DNA of 64,000 nucleotides, taken from assembly GCA_934757825.1 (NCBI GenBank), contig CAKVLP010000001.1, positions 430,869 to 494,868 of the forward strand. Direction: 5' to 3'. The number at the start of each line of letters is the position of its first letter. The first letter of the stretch is position 1. Source of the stretch: an uncultured Clostridia bacterium (GTDB lineage: Bacteria > Bacillota > Clostridia > Christensenellales > UBA1242). Position numbers and translations under genes: made by a program. Positions 1-9,771 of the stretch are shown piece after piece. A model generated the notes under the pieces. The model searched no databases, was not told the DNA's origin, and saw nothing but the letters and a program-made list of their open reading frames with translations.

Positions 1-205
1 TTTTATCCTCCTTCCCCTCTTTGTTAACACACATATAATATCACAGAATTTCCAAATTTCAAGCAGTGTTGTGCCAGTGTTTTTTGGGTTTTTTTGGCTA
101 GTTTTGTCGAAAAATATAGACAGGCGTCGAAACGAATTTTTAAAAAAACAAAATAAAAAAATTTCGTGACTTATTTGCACGAAATTTCTGTTTTTTGTAT
201 TTACA

Positions 206-907
206 TTACACAAACATTAGGAATGCTACAATTAAGATTTGAGCAACATAATATGTGCCAAGGTTTAGCGCCCAACGTAGGTTTAGGTTTTTCTGAGGCG
301 CGAAGTAAAGTAGTGATAGCACAAGGTCACTTATTAAGAATAGTAGTAGCGCGGTCGCAACAATCCACAATTTGCTTACTAGGAATGCAAGTGCAACCAT
401 TAGCGCAAATGTAATGCAGATTACAAATGTGTAGCCGTAGCATTGTTTTGAAAATCTCCCGAAATCCACACCCAACTTGCCAGCATTTATGCAGATGATT
501 GTTGCAAGCACAGATCCAATAGCAATCGCTACAAATATTGGTACTAGCACTTCGGCTCTGCTACCAGCATAAAGCGTAAAGCCCACAATGTACATAATGT
601 GGCCGATTGCAAAACTTAAAAAGCCTCCGTTTAGATATTGCGACTCGTGAGGTTTGTAATATTCCTTCAAGGCAAGTAGTATGTCGCCTAGCATACCCAT
701 AATTAGACCCAGCAAAACAAAGAACACGTAGGTTTCAATTGTGGATTTCATCATAATGGCTACAACTGCCGAGATTACAAACATAATAGATGCAAGTAGT
801 TTCGACCAGAAAAATGACATTCCAACTTTGGTCACTTTTAATGTGATAAGCGCCGTCAAACTTCCTAGGCAAAGTAGTAAAAATATAATTGATAAAGCGG
901 TTTTCAT
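206..907 (-). CDS. YhhN-family polytopic membrane protein (lysoplasmalogenase-like)
   Basis: 233-aa ORF that is almost entirely hydrophobic spans. Carries MLGDILLAL and LISDLVLSL motifs resembling the two conserved GD/SD-xx-L motifs of YhhN proteins. Confidence 0.5.
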   Translation of the reverse strand: MKTALSIIFLLLCLGSLTALITLKVTKVGMSFFWSKLLASIMFVISAVVAIMMKSTIETYVFFVLLGLIMGMLGDILLALKEYYKPHESQYLNGGFLSFAIGHIMYIVGFTLYAGSRAEVLVPIFVAIAIGSVLATIICINAGKLGVDFGRFSKQCYGYTFVICITFALMVALAFLVSKLWIVATALLLFLISDLVLSLLYFAPQKNLNLRWALNLGTYYVAQILIVAFLMFV

Positions 908-1047
908 ATAAAAACTCCTGTGTTTAAATTTCTTTTTCTATTATATCCCAACACGCGAAAAAAAACAAACATTAAACTAGATAGTTGCAAAAAACATTAA
1001 AAAAATATATAATCACTATATCTTAATAGAGATATTATGGAGTAAAC

Positions 1048-3066
1048 ATGGAAGATTTTAATGACATTCGACTAAAAAATATGATAGAACATCGCCCAGC
1101 ATTTAAAAAGCGCGCAGTAGTGACCTCGGGTATGCCATACGGCAACAAAGACATGCACTATGGCCACGTGCTAGGAATGGCGCTTTCTGCGGACTTTATG
1201 GCGAGATTTTTGCGCGATAGAATCGGAAGCGACAATGTGATATACGTGTCGGGCTCTGACTGCTACGGCAGTCCTAGTTTGGAGGGTTTTAGAAAACTTC
1301 AAGAAAAGGGCTATAAGGGCACAATAGAGGATATGGTTAGGGAAAAGTATGGAAGCCATATTCGCGACTGGGACGCCTACGAGATTAAGTTTAACGGCTA
1401 CTACGGAAGCGCCCTAGACCCAGCCAAAGACTTGCACGCCGAGACAAGCGCTGAGGTTTTTGAAAAACTTTACAAAAACGGACACCTAGAAAAGATGAGC
1501 ACCTATCAGTTTTACGATGAGGAAAAACAGACTTTCCTAAACGGTCGTCAGGTGCTAGGTAAATGCCCATACGAAGGCTGTACAAGCGAAAAGGGTTATG
1601 CAGACGAGTGTGATTTTGGGCACCAGTATTTGCCACAAGACCTTATTGACCCAGTGTCTACGCTTAGCGGAAAACGCCCCGTGTTAAAGAAGATTGAAAA
1701 CTGGTATTTTGACCTTCACAAACAACTTCCGCTTGTTTCAAACTGGCTTGATTACACCGAGAAAAATACGCCTATAAGGCAGTTTGCGGTTAAAGAAATG
1801 CGCGAGTTTTTGAAAAAGCCAGAGATATTTATAAAGAAAGACCAAATGGAGGCCTATGAGGCTATTAAGACAGAACTTCCTGCTCACGAACTTAGAGAGG
1901 ATAAGAGCAAGGCAAGTTTTGTGCTAACATTCGACGAGTTGTCTGATAGAGAAGTTGCGTGCGAAAAACTTAACAAGGCAAATATTCGCTACCGCACCGG
2001 CAAAACATTAACACCATTTAGAATAAGTGGAAACATCGAGTGGGGCGTTAAAGTTCCTGTTGAGGATGGAATGAAAGACCTTACTTTCTATTGCTGGCCA
2101 GAAAGCCTTTGGGCGCCTATAAGCTTTACAAAAACCTACTTGCGCTCCATCGGCAAGCCAGTTGACGATTGGAAGAAATGGTGGTGTAGTAAAGACTGTG
2201 CTATTTGGCAAGTTTTGGGCGAGGACAACTTGCAGTTTTATGGAATTCCACAACACGCAATGTGGCTAGCCACACAAAAAAATCCTCAAATTCCAGCGCC
2301 AGAGGGCGAACTTCAATTTAGTAATTTGATTATCAATAAGTTTAGTTTGTTTATGGGTGGCAAGGCTAGTTCGAGCGGAAAAATCCACGCACCGGGACCA
2401 CAAGAACTTCTTAACTATTACACACCAGAACAACTTAGAATGCACTTCTTGGGACTAAGCGTGGGCAATGTGAGCGCGTCGTTCTGCCCTAAGCCATTTA
2501 ATCCGGACGCCAAAGCAGATGAGCCAGACCCAGTACTAAAAGACGGCAACCTTCTTACAAACGTTTATAATCGAGTGCTTAGAAGTTTGTTCTATAGTTG
2601 GCAAAAATACTTCGATGGCGAGGTGCCATATAGACCAGTTAGCGAGCAGGTGCTTAAAGACTGCACGCTTAGCATTTTGAAATACGAAAAACTTATGATG
2701 GATAATAAATTCCATATGGTTATGTACGAGCTTGACAGCCTTATTAGAAATGCTAATAAGTATTGGGTTAAGAATATCAAACTTGCCGAAGAAGCAGACG
2801 ATAAAGAAATGATTGCTCAAACAATCGCCGATACACTTCATATGTGCAAAGTAGCAATGGTGCTATTACACCCTGTTACGCCAAAAAATACGGAGAATTT
2901 GGCAAAAAGCCTGGGGGTTTCTGACAATATCTTCTCTTGGGATAAAATTGAACAGCCTATTTACGAGTTCTTTGAAAATAAAGAACACCATAGACCAATG
3001 TTTTTGGAACCTAAGCAGGACTTCTTTAAAAAGCACCCTTCACAACTTGATGATATGGCAGAATAA
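1048..3066 (+). CDS. metG: Methionine--tRNA ligase
   Basis: 672 aa with a class I HIGH-like motif (MHYGHVLG) and a zinc-knuckle insertion (CPYEGCTSEKGYADECDFGH). Overall MetRS-like layout, with an RBS upstream and a terminator downstream. Confidence 0.9.
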   Translation: MEDFNDIRLKNMIEHRPAFKKRAVVTSGMPYGNKDMHYGHVLGMALSADFMARFLRDRIGSDNVIYVSGSDCYGSPSLEGFRKLQEKGYKGTIEDMVREKYGSHIRDWDAYEIKFNGYYGSALDPAKDLHAETSAEVFEKLYKNGHLEKMSTYQFYDEEKQTFLNGRQVLGKCPYEGCTSEKGYADECDFGHQYLPQDLIDPVSTLSGKRPVLKKIENWYFDLHKQLPLVSNWLDYTEKNTPIRQFAVKEMREFLKKPEIFIKKDQMEAYEAIKTELPAHELREDKSKASFVLTFDELSDREVACEKLNKANIRYRTGKTLTPFRISGNIEWGVKVPVEDGMKDLTFYCWPESLWAPISFTKTYLRSIGKPVDDWKKWWCSKDCAIWQVLGEDNLQFYGIPQHAMWLATQKNPQIPAPEGELQFSNLIINKFSLFMGGKASSSGKIHAPGPQELLNYYTPEQLRMHFLGLSVGNVSASFCPKPFNPDAKADEPDPVLKDGNLLTNVYNRVLRSLFYSWQKYFDGEVPYRPVSEQVLKDCTLSILKYEKLMMDNKFHMVMYELDSLIRNANKYWVKNIKLAEEADDKEMIAQTIADTLHMCKVAMVLLHPVTPKNTENLAKSLGVSDNIFSWDKIEQPIYEFFENKEHHRPMFLEPKQDFFKKHPSQLDDMAE

Positions 3067-3082
3067 AAAAATAGACCTTTTG

Positions 3083-3110
3083 ATGCAGTGAGAAATTCAC
3101 TGCATTTTTT
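3083..3110 (+). terminator. Rho-independent terminator after metG
   Basis: Hairpin ATGCAGTG-agaaat-CACTGCAT followed by a T-run. Confidence 0.65.
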
Positions 3111-3154
3111 GTGGCCTATTTTTGCTTTCTAAGTTTGTTTATATTGTTATGTAA

Positions 3155-4081
3155 TTATCTTTTTCTAGATAGTCTTGCTACAAGTTTTTGCGCAAGTGTA
3201 AGTTTTCGTTGTGGTTCGGGTGGGGTCTTACGACTAATTTCGTTTATCTTATTTAGCACGGTTAGAGGCACATCTTTGTTTTGCTCAAATATAAGTGGAA
3301 GTTGGTCTTCGCCTATTGGATGAGGAAGTGCACTATTGCCCACTTCTATTGTAAACGCTGGCACGCCTAAGTTTAGCGAAACCCAGTCGGAATAACCGCC
3401 TGTGCTGTTTTCGGTTTTAATTATTTGATAGCCCGTTACGTCCCTTATTGCTTCGGCAATGTTTAGGTCGCGCGCGATTTGCTCGTTTGATAGTAATTCA
3501 AATCCATAGTAAATTACTTCGCCCTTGGTGTGATAGGAGATTGTGGCATTTGGTTGGTTTTTAAGTGTAAAGTTTATTAAGTTGTTTACTTCGCGTTCGC
3601 TGTTTGGATAATATCCAACAAAGTTGCCCGGTGCTGGGCAAAACACGTTTTGACTTCCGCCTCCCCATAATGCGTCAAAATTGACGTTTAAGTCCACCGC
3701 ATTGGCGTCAGCCTTCCATTGACTAAAATCGCTGTTCCCGCCGTTTACGTTTGTCAAAAACTCCGCTAGTTTTTCACATCGGATACCTTCTGTACCACTG
3801 AGAACCAAACGCACTCCGTCGGGGTTAACCATAGGAATAAAGTATATTCCTCCGTCAATGGGTTTGTTGTATAAATACTTCACCAATTCCACAATAAGCG
3901 GTGCTGTTATGTACTCTCTGGCGTGAATTGCACCCTCTATCAACAACTGATTTCCCGTGTAATTACCTATGTGTATTCCGTAAACTGGTTGACCCAGCAA
4001 ACTATATCCTACCGTAAAAAAGTCTACCCCAGGTAGCCCCGCCAAACTATATATTTGGTCGTAAATTTCATTAAAAGTCAT
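3155..4081 (-). CDS. M14-family zinc carboxypeptidase (gamma-D-glutamyl-meso-diaminopimelate peptidase-like)
   Basis: 308 aa. GAIHAREYIT contains the HxxE zinc-binding motif of M14 carboxypeptidases, and NPDG follows as in the family. Confidence 0.7.
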   Translation of the reverse strand: MTFNEIYDQIYSLAGLPGVDFFTVGYSLLGQPVYGIHIGNYTGNQLLIEGAIHAREYITAPLIVELVKYLYNKPIDGGIYFIPMVNPDGVRLVLSGTEGIRCEKLAEFLTNVNGGNSDFSQWKADANAVDLNVNFDALWGGGSQNVFCPAPGNFVGYYPNSEREVNNLINFTLKNQPNATISYHTKGEVIYYGFELLSNEQIARDLNIAEAIRDVTGYQIIKTENSTGGYSDWVSLNLGVPAFTIEVGNSALPHPIGEDQLPLIFEQNKDVPLTVLNKINEISRKTPPEPQRKLTLAQKLVARLSRKR

Positions 4082-4271
4082 ATTTTTTCCCTCTTCCTAT
4101 GTAATGTGTATATGACAACGCCCGCCATAATGTGAAAAAATTAAAAGCAGAAAGATTTAAAAACTTCTTGTAGAAATATCCTCGTCTGCTTGTAAGGATT
4201 ATTTAAAATAAGTTTTTTTAAAAAAGTCTCTTTAAGATATAATTAACGGCATTTTAAAGAGCGATAAAAAA

Positions 4272-4298
4272 TAAAAACACCTAAAAACAATTAGGTGT
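4272..4298 (-). terminator. Rho-independent terminator (minus strand) after the 4344..4739 gene
   Basis: Stem ACACCTAA/TTAGGTGT with a T-run on the minus strand. Confidence 0.5.
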
Positions 4299-4343
4299 TT
4301 TATTTAGTTATTTGTTGGAGTTGTAAATGTTTCTTTAAAGACC

Positions 4344-4739
4344 TTATTCGTCGTGATATTTGTATTTTTCGCCGATAAGGAAATTTAGATAGACTTCAAG
4401 TAGCAAATATACAAGCACTGTAGGATAAAGCACAACTTCGTACATGTCCCAAAATTTGTAGCCCCAAATAGCGTAATAGATTAGGCTAGCCATAAGATAA
4501 GCCACGATAAAACTAAATAGGATAATTGCAACAAAATTTAGGAAATTTACCCATTTATTGTTTTTCTTCTTTTTAAACCTTCTAAAAAGTTTTGGGAGAA
4601 CCAACATAAGTACGCACGCAAGCATTGCGACGATTAGCCAGCACGAGAGCGTGTGAAAACCAATAAGCTCTGCGGTTATGCCCAGTGCAAAGCCTATTGT
4701 GGACGCAAATATCAATAATCCTTCAACATTTGAAATCAT
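4344..4739 (-). CDS. Small integral membrane protein, unknown function
   Basis: 131 aa with ~4 hydrophobic helices and a basic loop (RRFKKKKNNK). No recognisable family. Confidence 0.4.
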   Translation of the reverse strand: MISNVEGLLIFASTIGFALGITAELIGFHTLSCWLIVAMLACVLMLVLPKLFRRFKKKKNNKWVNFLNFVAIILFSFIVAYLMASLIYYAIWGYKFWDMYEVVLYPTVLVYLLLEVYLNFLIGEKYKYHDE

Positions 4740-4773
4740 ATCTAAACGCCTTGGTTCTCCTTAAAATAAGATT

Positions 4774-6939
4774 TTAGTTTTGTTTGTCTTCGGCAGGGCA
4801 GTCTTTAATGGTAAGCGATATGCGTTTTTTCTCAACATCAACATCTAGCACCTTAACGCGCACGTTGTCGCCAACTTTTAGCACTTCGCTAGGGTGTTTG
4901 ATGTAATCCTTGCTAATTTGCGATATGTGCACAAGCCCGTCTTGATGAACGGAAATATCCACAAACACGCCAAAGTCGCACACGTTTCGCACAACGCCGT
5001 TTAGCACCATACCTGGTTTTAGATTTTCGATGCCAAGTAGTTCGCTTTTTAGTTGTGGCTTAGGAAGTTCGTCACGCACATCTCTGCCTGGTTTTAGAAG
5101 TTCTTTAATAATGTCTTCTAATGTAGGTACACCAATATTGATGGTTTGTGCAACCTTTTCAATGCCTTCTTTTTCCACCATTTTAGGTAAAAGTGTAAGT
5201 TTTTCTTCTTTTATGTCGTTTTTGGTTAATCCGAAATATTTTAGCAGTCTGTTTACTGCGTCATAACTCTCTGGGTGAACGCCAGTGTTGTCTAGAATAT
5301 TGTCGCCATCTAAGATACGCAAGAAACCCGCACATTGTTCGTATGCTTTCGCACCTAGTTTTGGCACCTTTTTAAGTTGCTCACGGTTTGTGATTTTGCC
5401 GTTTTCTTGGCGGTATTTTTCTATACTTTTTGCAACACCGCTGTTAAGGCCAGCCACGTAGGTAAGTAGGCTAGGACTTGCAGTGTTTACGTCAACTCCA
5501 ACCGAGTTTACGCAATCTTCCACAACGCCTTCTAGTACTTCGGTCAAGCGCGCTTGTGGCATATCGTGTTGATATTGCCCAACACCGATTGACTTAACGT
5601 CAATTTTGATAAGTTCGGCAAGTGGGTCTTGCAAACGTCTTGCAATGCTCACCGCACTACGCAAAGCCACATCGAAATCTGGGAACTCGCTCGCGCCAAG
5701 TTTGCTTGCACTGTACACACTAGCACCCGCCTCGTTTACAACCGCGTATTCCACTTTGCGGTTTAGTTTTGGGATAAGGTTTGCAACAAATATTTCGCTT
5801 TCTTTGGTTGCGGTTCCGTTTCCGATGGAAATTACGTCAACCTTGTCTTTGTCGATAAAGTATTTTAGTTTTACTTCCGCTTCTTCCACTTTGTTTTGTG
5901 GTGGAGTAGGGTAAACTACGGTCGTGTCAAGCACGTTTCCGTTTTGGTCGATTACGGCAATCTTACAACCCGTACGATATGCTGGGTCTAGGCCAAGGAT
6001 AACCTTGTTTTTAAGAGGTGGTTGCATAAGTAGTGGTTTTAGGTTTATCTCAAACATCTTAATTGCCTGCTCGTTTGCTTTGTCGGTAAGTTCTGTCCTA
6101 ACTTCTCTCTCAATACTTGGCTCGATAAGGCGATCGTAACTGTCGGCACATACCTCGGTAAGTAGCTCAAGATATGGGCTGTTTTTCTTTATAAACATTC
6201 TGTGAATTTCTTTGTCTACAAGTTCTCTGTTTACGTCAAGCGTAACTTTCAAGCAATCCTCGTTTTCGCCACGATTGATGGCGAGCGTGCGGTGACTAGG
6301 AAGTTTTGCAATAGGAGACTTGTAATCCTTGTACATTTCGTAAGTGAAATTACCCTCTTTATCAAGAAGTTTTGTTTGGATTTCGCCCTTGTTAAACAAT
6401 AGTTCTCTTAATGTTTTTCTAAGTTCGGCGTTGTCGGAAATAATCTCGGCAATAATGTCCTTTGCTCCTTGAATAGCTTCGGCTACACTACCTACTTCCT
6501 TCTCGGCGTCAACATATTTTACTGCTTCTTCCTCAATGCTTCCGCCTTTTTGCGATAGGATAAACTCGGCAAGTGGTTTTAATCCTTTTGCGATTGCGAC
6601 GCTTGCACGCGTTTTGCGTTTTGGTTTGAACGGACGATAAATGTCCTCAACTTCTGTAATTGTGTTGGCTTTGTTTAGCGCCTCAACAATCTCGTCGGTA
6701 AGATTTCCTTGCTCGTCGATAAGTTTGGTTACATCCTCTTTTCTCTTAACTAAGTTTCTCAAATATTTTAGCCTGTCATCGAAAAGCCTTAGGGTCTGGT
6801 CGTCACAACTTCCCGTAAGTTCCTTTCTGTAACGTGCTATAAAAGGAATTGTGCACCCTTCGTCAAGTAGTGCAATGATGTTTTCGGTATGGTTTCGGCT
6901 TATGCCAAGTTCCATACTAAGTTGTTCTTTAATATCCAT
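4774..6939 (-). CDS. tex: Tex-like transcription accessory protein (YqgF-like and S1 RNA-binding domains)
   Basis: 721 aa with the N-terminal IPFIARYRKE motif typical of Tex. The C-terminal S1 domain reads GMVLNGVVRNVCDFGVFVDI...DGLVHISQI. Confidence 0.9.
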   Translation of the reverse strand: MDIKEQLSMELGISRNHTENIIALLDEGCTIPFIARYRKELTGSCDDQTLRLFDDRLKYLRNLVKRKEDVTKLIDEQGNLTDEIVEALNKANTITEVEDIYRPFKPKRKTRASVAIAKGLKPLAEFILSQKGGSIEEEAVKYVDAEKEVGSVAEAIQGAKDIIAEIISDNAELRKTLRELLFNKGEIQTKLLDKEGNFTYEMYKDYKSPIAKLPSHRTLAINRGENEDCLKVTLDVNRELVDKEIHRMFIKKNSPYLELLTEVCADSYDRLIEPSIEREVRTELTDKANEQAIKMFEINLKPLLMQPPLKNKVILGLDPAYRTGCKIAVIDQNGNVLDTTVVYPTPPQNKVEEAEVKLKYFIDKDKVDVISIGNGTATKESEIFVANLIPKLNRKVEYAVVNEAGASVYSASKLGASEFPDFDVALRSAVSIARRLQDPLAELIKIDVKSIGVGQYQHDMPQARLTEVLEGVVEDCVNSVGVDVNTASPSLLTYVAGLNSGVAKSIEKYRQENGKITNREQLKKVPKLGAKAYEQCAGFLRILDGDNILDNTGVHPESYDAVNRLLKYFGLTKNDIKEEKLTLLPKMVEKEGIEKVAQTINIGVPTLEDIIKELLKPGRDVRDELPKPQLKSELLGIENLKPGMVLNGVVRNVCDFGVFVDISVHQDGLVHISQISKDYIKHPSEVLKVGDNVRVKVLDVDVEKKRISLTIKDCPAEDKQN

Positions 6940-7081
6940 ATGTACCTCATTTTCATATTGTGCGTTTTTATTATATCACAATCACCACTTTTAACAAAAT
7001 TATAACCGCCGAAAATTAAAATACTTTTTGGTGTATTAAGTATAGTTTCTTTCAAAAAAATACAAACTAAAACAAAAAAGA

Positions 7082-7891
7082 GTGTGGGGTTTTATGGGCA
7101 AATTAAAACAGGCGGGCGTAATTTTAATGGTTGTAATAGTTTTTGTGAGCGCGGGAGTGGTGGCGATAGTGCTTGGAACAAGAAGTTCGCACGTGCATTA
7201 TGTGTGCTTGGAAGTAAACCCTCGCATCGAATTTTTAACCGATAGTAAGCACAACGTTAGTTCGTTTATTCCGCTTAATGAAGAGGCGAAAGAACTTGTG
7301 ATTCAAGAAGAATTTGTAGGTGTGAAAATAGATAAGGCGGTGGAAAAATTTCTCGACCTTTGTATGAGAGCGGGATACTTGAAAATTCACGGCGAGGACA
7401 ATGCAGTGAAACTTTCGGTTTTGTCGGGTCTAAACCAGGGACTGGAAGTAGAACTTACTAGAAAAATAAATGGCTTCTTTGTAAAAAACGAAATTTTGGG
7501 TGTTGTCGTAGATAGTAGTCAGGATTTACAAAACTTTAAGGACGCCAAAAAACTTGGCGTGTCTGCGGAACGATACGACCTTATGAAAGCGGTTGCTGAA
7601 AACGATCTGACAAAGTCTGTAAAAGAACTAAAAAACAAGTCAAGCCTAAAACTTATTAAAATGATAGAACAACAACACAAAGACTACGAGTTTTCCTATA
7701 CTGAGGAAGAACTTAATAATAAAGTAAAACTGATTGATTTTAATAGGACTAATGTGGAAGAACACCTTGCAAATATCACAACTAAAACCACCCGCGAGTT
7801 TAAAGAAAAACTACAAAAACACACTAAGAAAAATGGGAAAAAATACAAACTTAATTACGACTACACATATAATTCTTGGGTGGCAGGTTAA
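7082..7891 (+). CDS. Membrane-anchored hypothetical protein
   Basis: 269 aa with a single N-terminal TM helix (AGVILMVVIVFVSAGVVAIVLG) followed by a soluble Lys/Glu-rich domain. The start could instead be ATG at 7094. Confidence 0.4.
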   Translation: MWGFMGKLKQAGVILMVVIVFVSAGVVAIVLGTRSSHVHYVCLEVNPRIEFLTDSKHNVSSFIPLNEEAKELVIQEEFVGVKIDKAVEKFLDLCMRAGYLKIHGEDNAVKLSVLSGLNQGLEVELTRKINGFFVKNEILGVVVDSSQDLQNFKDAKKLGVSAERYDLMKAVAENDLTKSVKELKNKSSLKLIKMIEQQHKDYEFSYTEEELNNKVKLIDFNRTNVEEHLANITTKTTREFKEKLQKHTKKNGKKYKLNYDYTYNSWVAG

Positions 7892-8097
7892 AAACCTGGT
7901 TTAACGTATTGGTCAACATAAATATACTTTGTGGATAATTTAAATATACTTTATGGCAAAAACATATGACTTTTTGACATAAAGTATTTTTTATTATTTG
8001 TTTAAATATTGACTAATTGAATAAAAGTGGCATTGCTTGTATTTGAAATAAGGTGGTTTAATTAGTGTTTGCTAAAATGTCCGAATTTTAAAAAATA

Positions 8098-8127
8098 TTG
8101 ACAAATATATGTTTTAGGGTGTAATAT
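8098..8127 (+). promoter_or_regulatory. Sigma-70-type promoter for the hisS leader
   Basis: TTGACA (8098-8103), 18-nt spacer, TAATAT (8122-8127), with TG immediately upstream of the -10. Confidence 0.5.
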
Positions 8128-8151
8128 TATCCTAGATTAGGAGAGATTATA

Positions 8152-8190
8152 ATGTATTTTATTTTAACTTTGCATCATCATAGCAAATAA
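8152..8190 (+). CDS. Putative 12-codon leader peptide MYFILTLHHHSK with three consecutive His codons
   Basis: AGGAGA RBS 7 nt upstream of the ATG. CAT-CAT-CAT lies at 8173-8181, and the ORF sits between the promoter and a terminator upstream of hisS. Confidence 0.4.
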   Translation: MYFILTLHHHSK

Positions 8191-8263
8191 TACTTGCCGA
8201 TTGAAAGTATGGTAAGTAACTTTTACTATGCCGTTTGATTAAAGTTAAGATAAGTAAAATAAA

Positions 8264-8297
8264 ACATCAGCGCGCATAGTGGCTGGTGTTTTTTTGT
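8264..8297 (+). terminator. Leader (attenuator) terminator upstream of hisS
   Basis: Stem ACATCAGC/GCTGGTGT (one G-U pair) followed by T8, about 80 nt before the hisS start. Confidence 0.55.
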
Positions 8298-8377
8298 TGT
8301 TAACGCGCTAAAAGGCGCAATTACAATTTGAAAATACAAAAAAATATGATATAACATTATAGACTAGGAGATAAATT

Positions 8378-9706
8378 ATGAAATATGTAGAACCAAAAAC
8401 TCTTTCGGGAACAATGGAGTTGTTGCCAAAGGAGCAGATATTATTTAACGAAATTAAGGACACTATTAAGAGTGTTTATGAGTCGTATGGGTTTTTGCCA
8501 CTTGACACGCCAGTTATTGAGCGGGCGGACGTTTTGCTAGCAAAGGCTGGGGGCGAGACCGAAAAACAAATATATAGATTTAATAAGGGCGACACCGACA
8601 TTTGTATGCGTTTTGACCTTACCGTTCCGCTTGCAAAATATGTGTCGGCTAATATCAACACATTGGAGTTTCCTTTCAAGCGCTATCAGATAGGCAAGGT
8701 GTATCGTGGCGAGCGCCCTCAGAGGGGCAGATATCGCGAGTTTTATCAATGCGATATTGACACAATTGGCAAGGACTCACTTTCTATCAAAAACGACGCC
8801 GAGTTCCCAGCAATTATTTACGACATTTTCAAGCGCCTTGATTTTGGTGATTTCACAATTATGCTTAACAACCGCAAAATCATAAACGGGCTTTTTGAAG
8901 CGGTTGGATTATCCGACCTTAAAGAAGACGTTATGCGACTTGTGGACAAGTTTGACAAGGTGGGCGAGCAGACTGTAAGGCTAACACTTTTGGACGACTA
9001 CAAATTAAATAAGTCCACAGTGGACAACTTGCTAAAATTCTTGACCTTTAAAGGCACAACCGACGAGACCATTGCAATGATGAAGAATTGCGGAATTGAC
9101 AACGACACATTCCAAAGCGGAGTGAGCGAATTGGAAGAAGTTGTAAGATGCGTGCGTCTTCAAGGGGTTCCAGATAAGTACTTTAAAATAAAACTTACTA
9201 TCGTAAGAGGCTTAGACTACTACACGGGCACAGTTTTGGAAACTGTCCTAAACGACTATCCAGAACTTGGCAGTGTTTGTGGTGGCGGGCGTTATGAAAA
9301 CCTAGCAGGCTTCTATACCGACCAAAAACTCCCAGGAGTGGGCATTGCGATTGGACTTACAAGGCTTTTCTATCAACTTTGTGAGAAAAACCTTATAAAA
9401 TCGGACAAAACAAGTGTGGCCGATGTGCTTGTGCTTCCAATGGACGAGAATGCAATCGAAAAAGGATACGAGATTGCAAGCAAACTTAGACTAAACGGAA
9501 TTAAGTGTCAGTTGTATTTGGAAGATAAAAAGTTTAAAAACAAAATAAACTACGCAAGCAAACTTGAAATTCCTTACACCATAATCATTGGCGAGGACGA
9601 AGTTAAAAATAATTTTGTGACCCTAAAAGATATGGTCAAATTTTCACAAGAACAAGTCGCCGACTCCGACCTTGTAAAATCAATAATCCAAAAACTAAAT
9701 GCTTAA
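8378..9706 (+). CDS. hisS: Histidine--tRNA ligase
   Basis: 442 aa with class II motifs (YRGERPQRGRYREFYQCD and GGGRYENL) and a C-terminal anticodon-binding domain. Confidence 0.9.
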   Translation: MKYVEPKTLSGTMELLPKEQILFNEIKDTIKSVYESYGFLPLDTPVIERADVLLAKAGGETEKQIYRFNKGDTDICMRFDLTVPLAKYVSANINTLEFPFKRYQIGKVYRGERPQRGRYREFYQCDIDTIGKDSLSIKNDAEFPAIIYDIFKRLDFGDFTIMLNNRKIINGLFEAVGLSDLKEDVMRLVDKFDKVGEQTVRLTLLDDYKLNKSTVDNLLKFLTFKGTTDETIAMMKNCGIDNDTFQSGVSELEEVVRCVRLQGVPDKYFKIKLTIVRGLDYYTGTVLETVLNDYPELGSVCGGGRYENLAGFYTDQKLPGVGIAIGLTRLFYQLCEKNLIKSDKTSVADVLVLPMDENAIEKGYEIASKLRLNGIKCQLYLEDKKFKNKINYASKLEIPYTIIIGEDEVKNNFVTLKDMVKFSQEQVADSDLVKSIIQKLNA

Positions 9707-9714
9707 CAAAAAAA

Positions 9715-9741
9715 ACTCTACGAATAAAGTAGAGTTTTTTT
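9715..9741 (+). terminator. Bidirectional rho-independent terminator after hisS
   Basis: A-run, then stem ACTCTAC/GTAGAGT, then T-run. Confidence 0.65.
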
Positions 9742-9771
9742 ACAAATGTTAATGTGATAAACCAATTTGCA

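Noticed and set aside
166-414. Numerous 60-220-aa ORFs in the six-frame track that lie antisense to or inside longer conserved genes (e.g. 166..414, 5030..6832 set, 10116..10493, 13362..14405, 25224..25643, 30653..31081, 35940..36605, 37530..37985, 61050..62059)
   Set aside because: They overlap genes with clear family signatures on the opposite strand or in another frame. They lack an RBS and have low-complexity or Ser/Leu/Phe-rich composition typical of shadow ORFs.
8130-8300. Possible T-box riboswitch upstream of hisS with a CAU/CAC specifier
   Set aside because: I could not find the conserved T-box 14-mer (…GGGUGGUACCGCG-like) or stem I hallmarks. The UGGC next to the terminator does not match the tRNA-His discriminator. 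The leader is also short. The leader-peptide interpretation fits better, but an Rfam scan is still needed.
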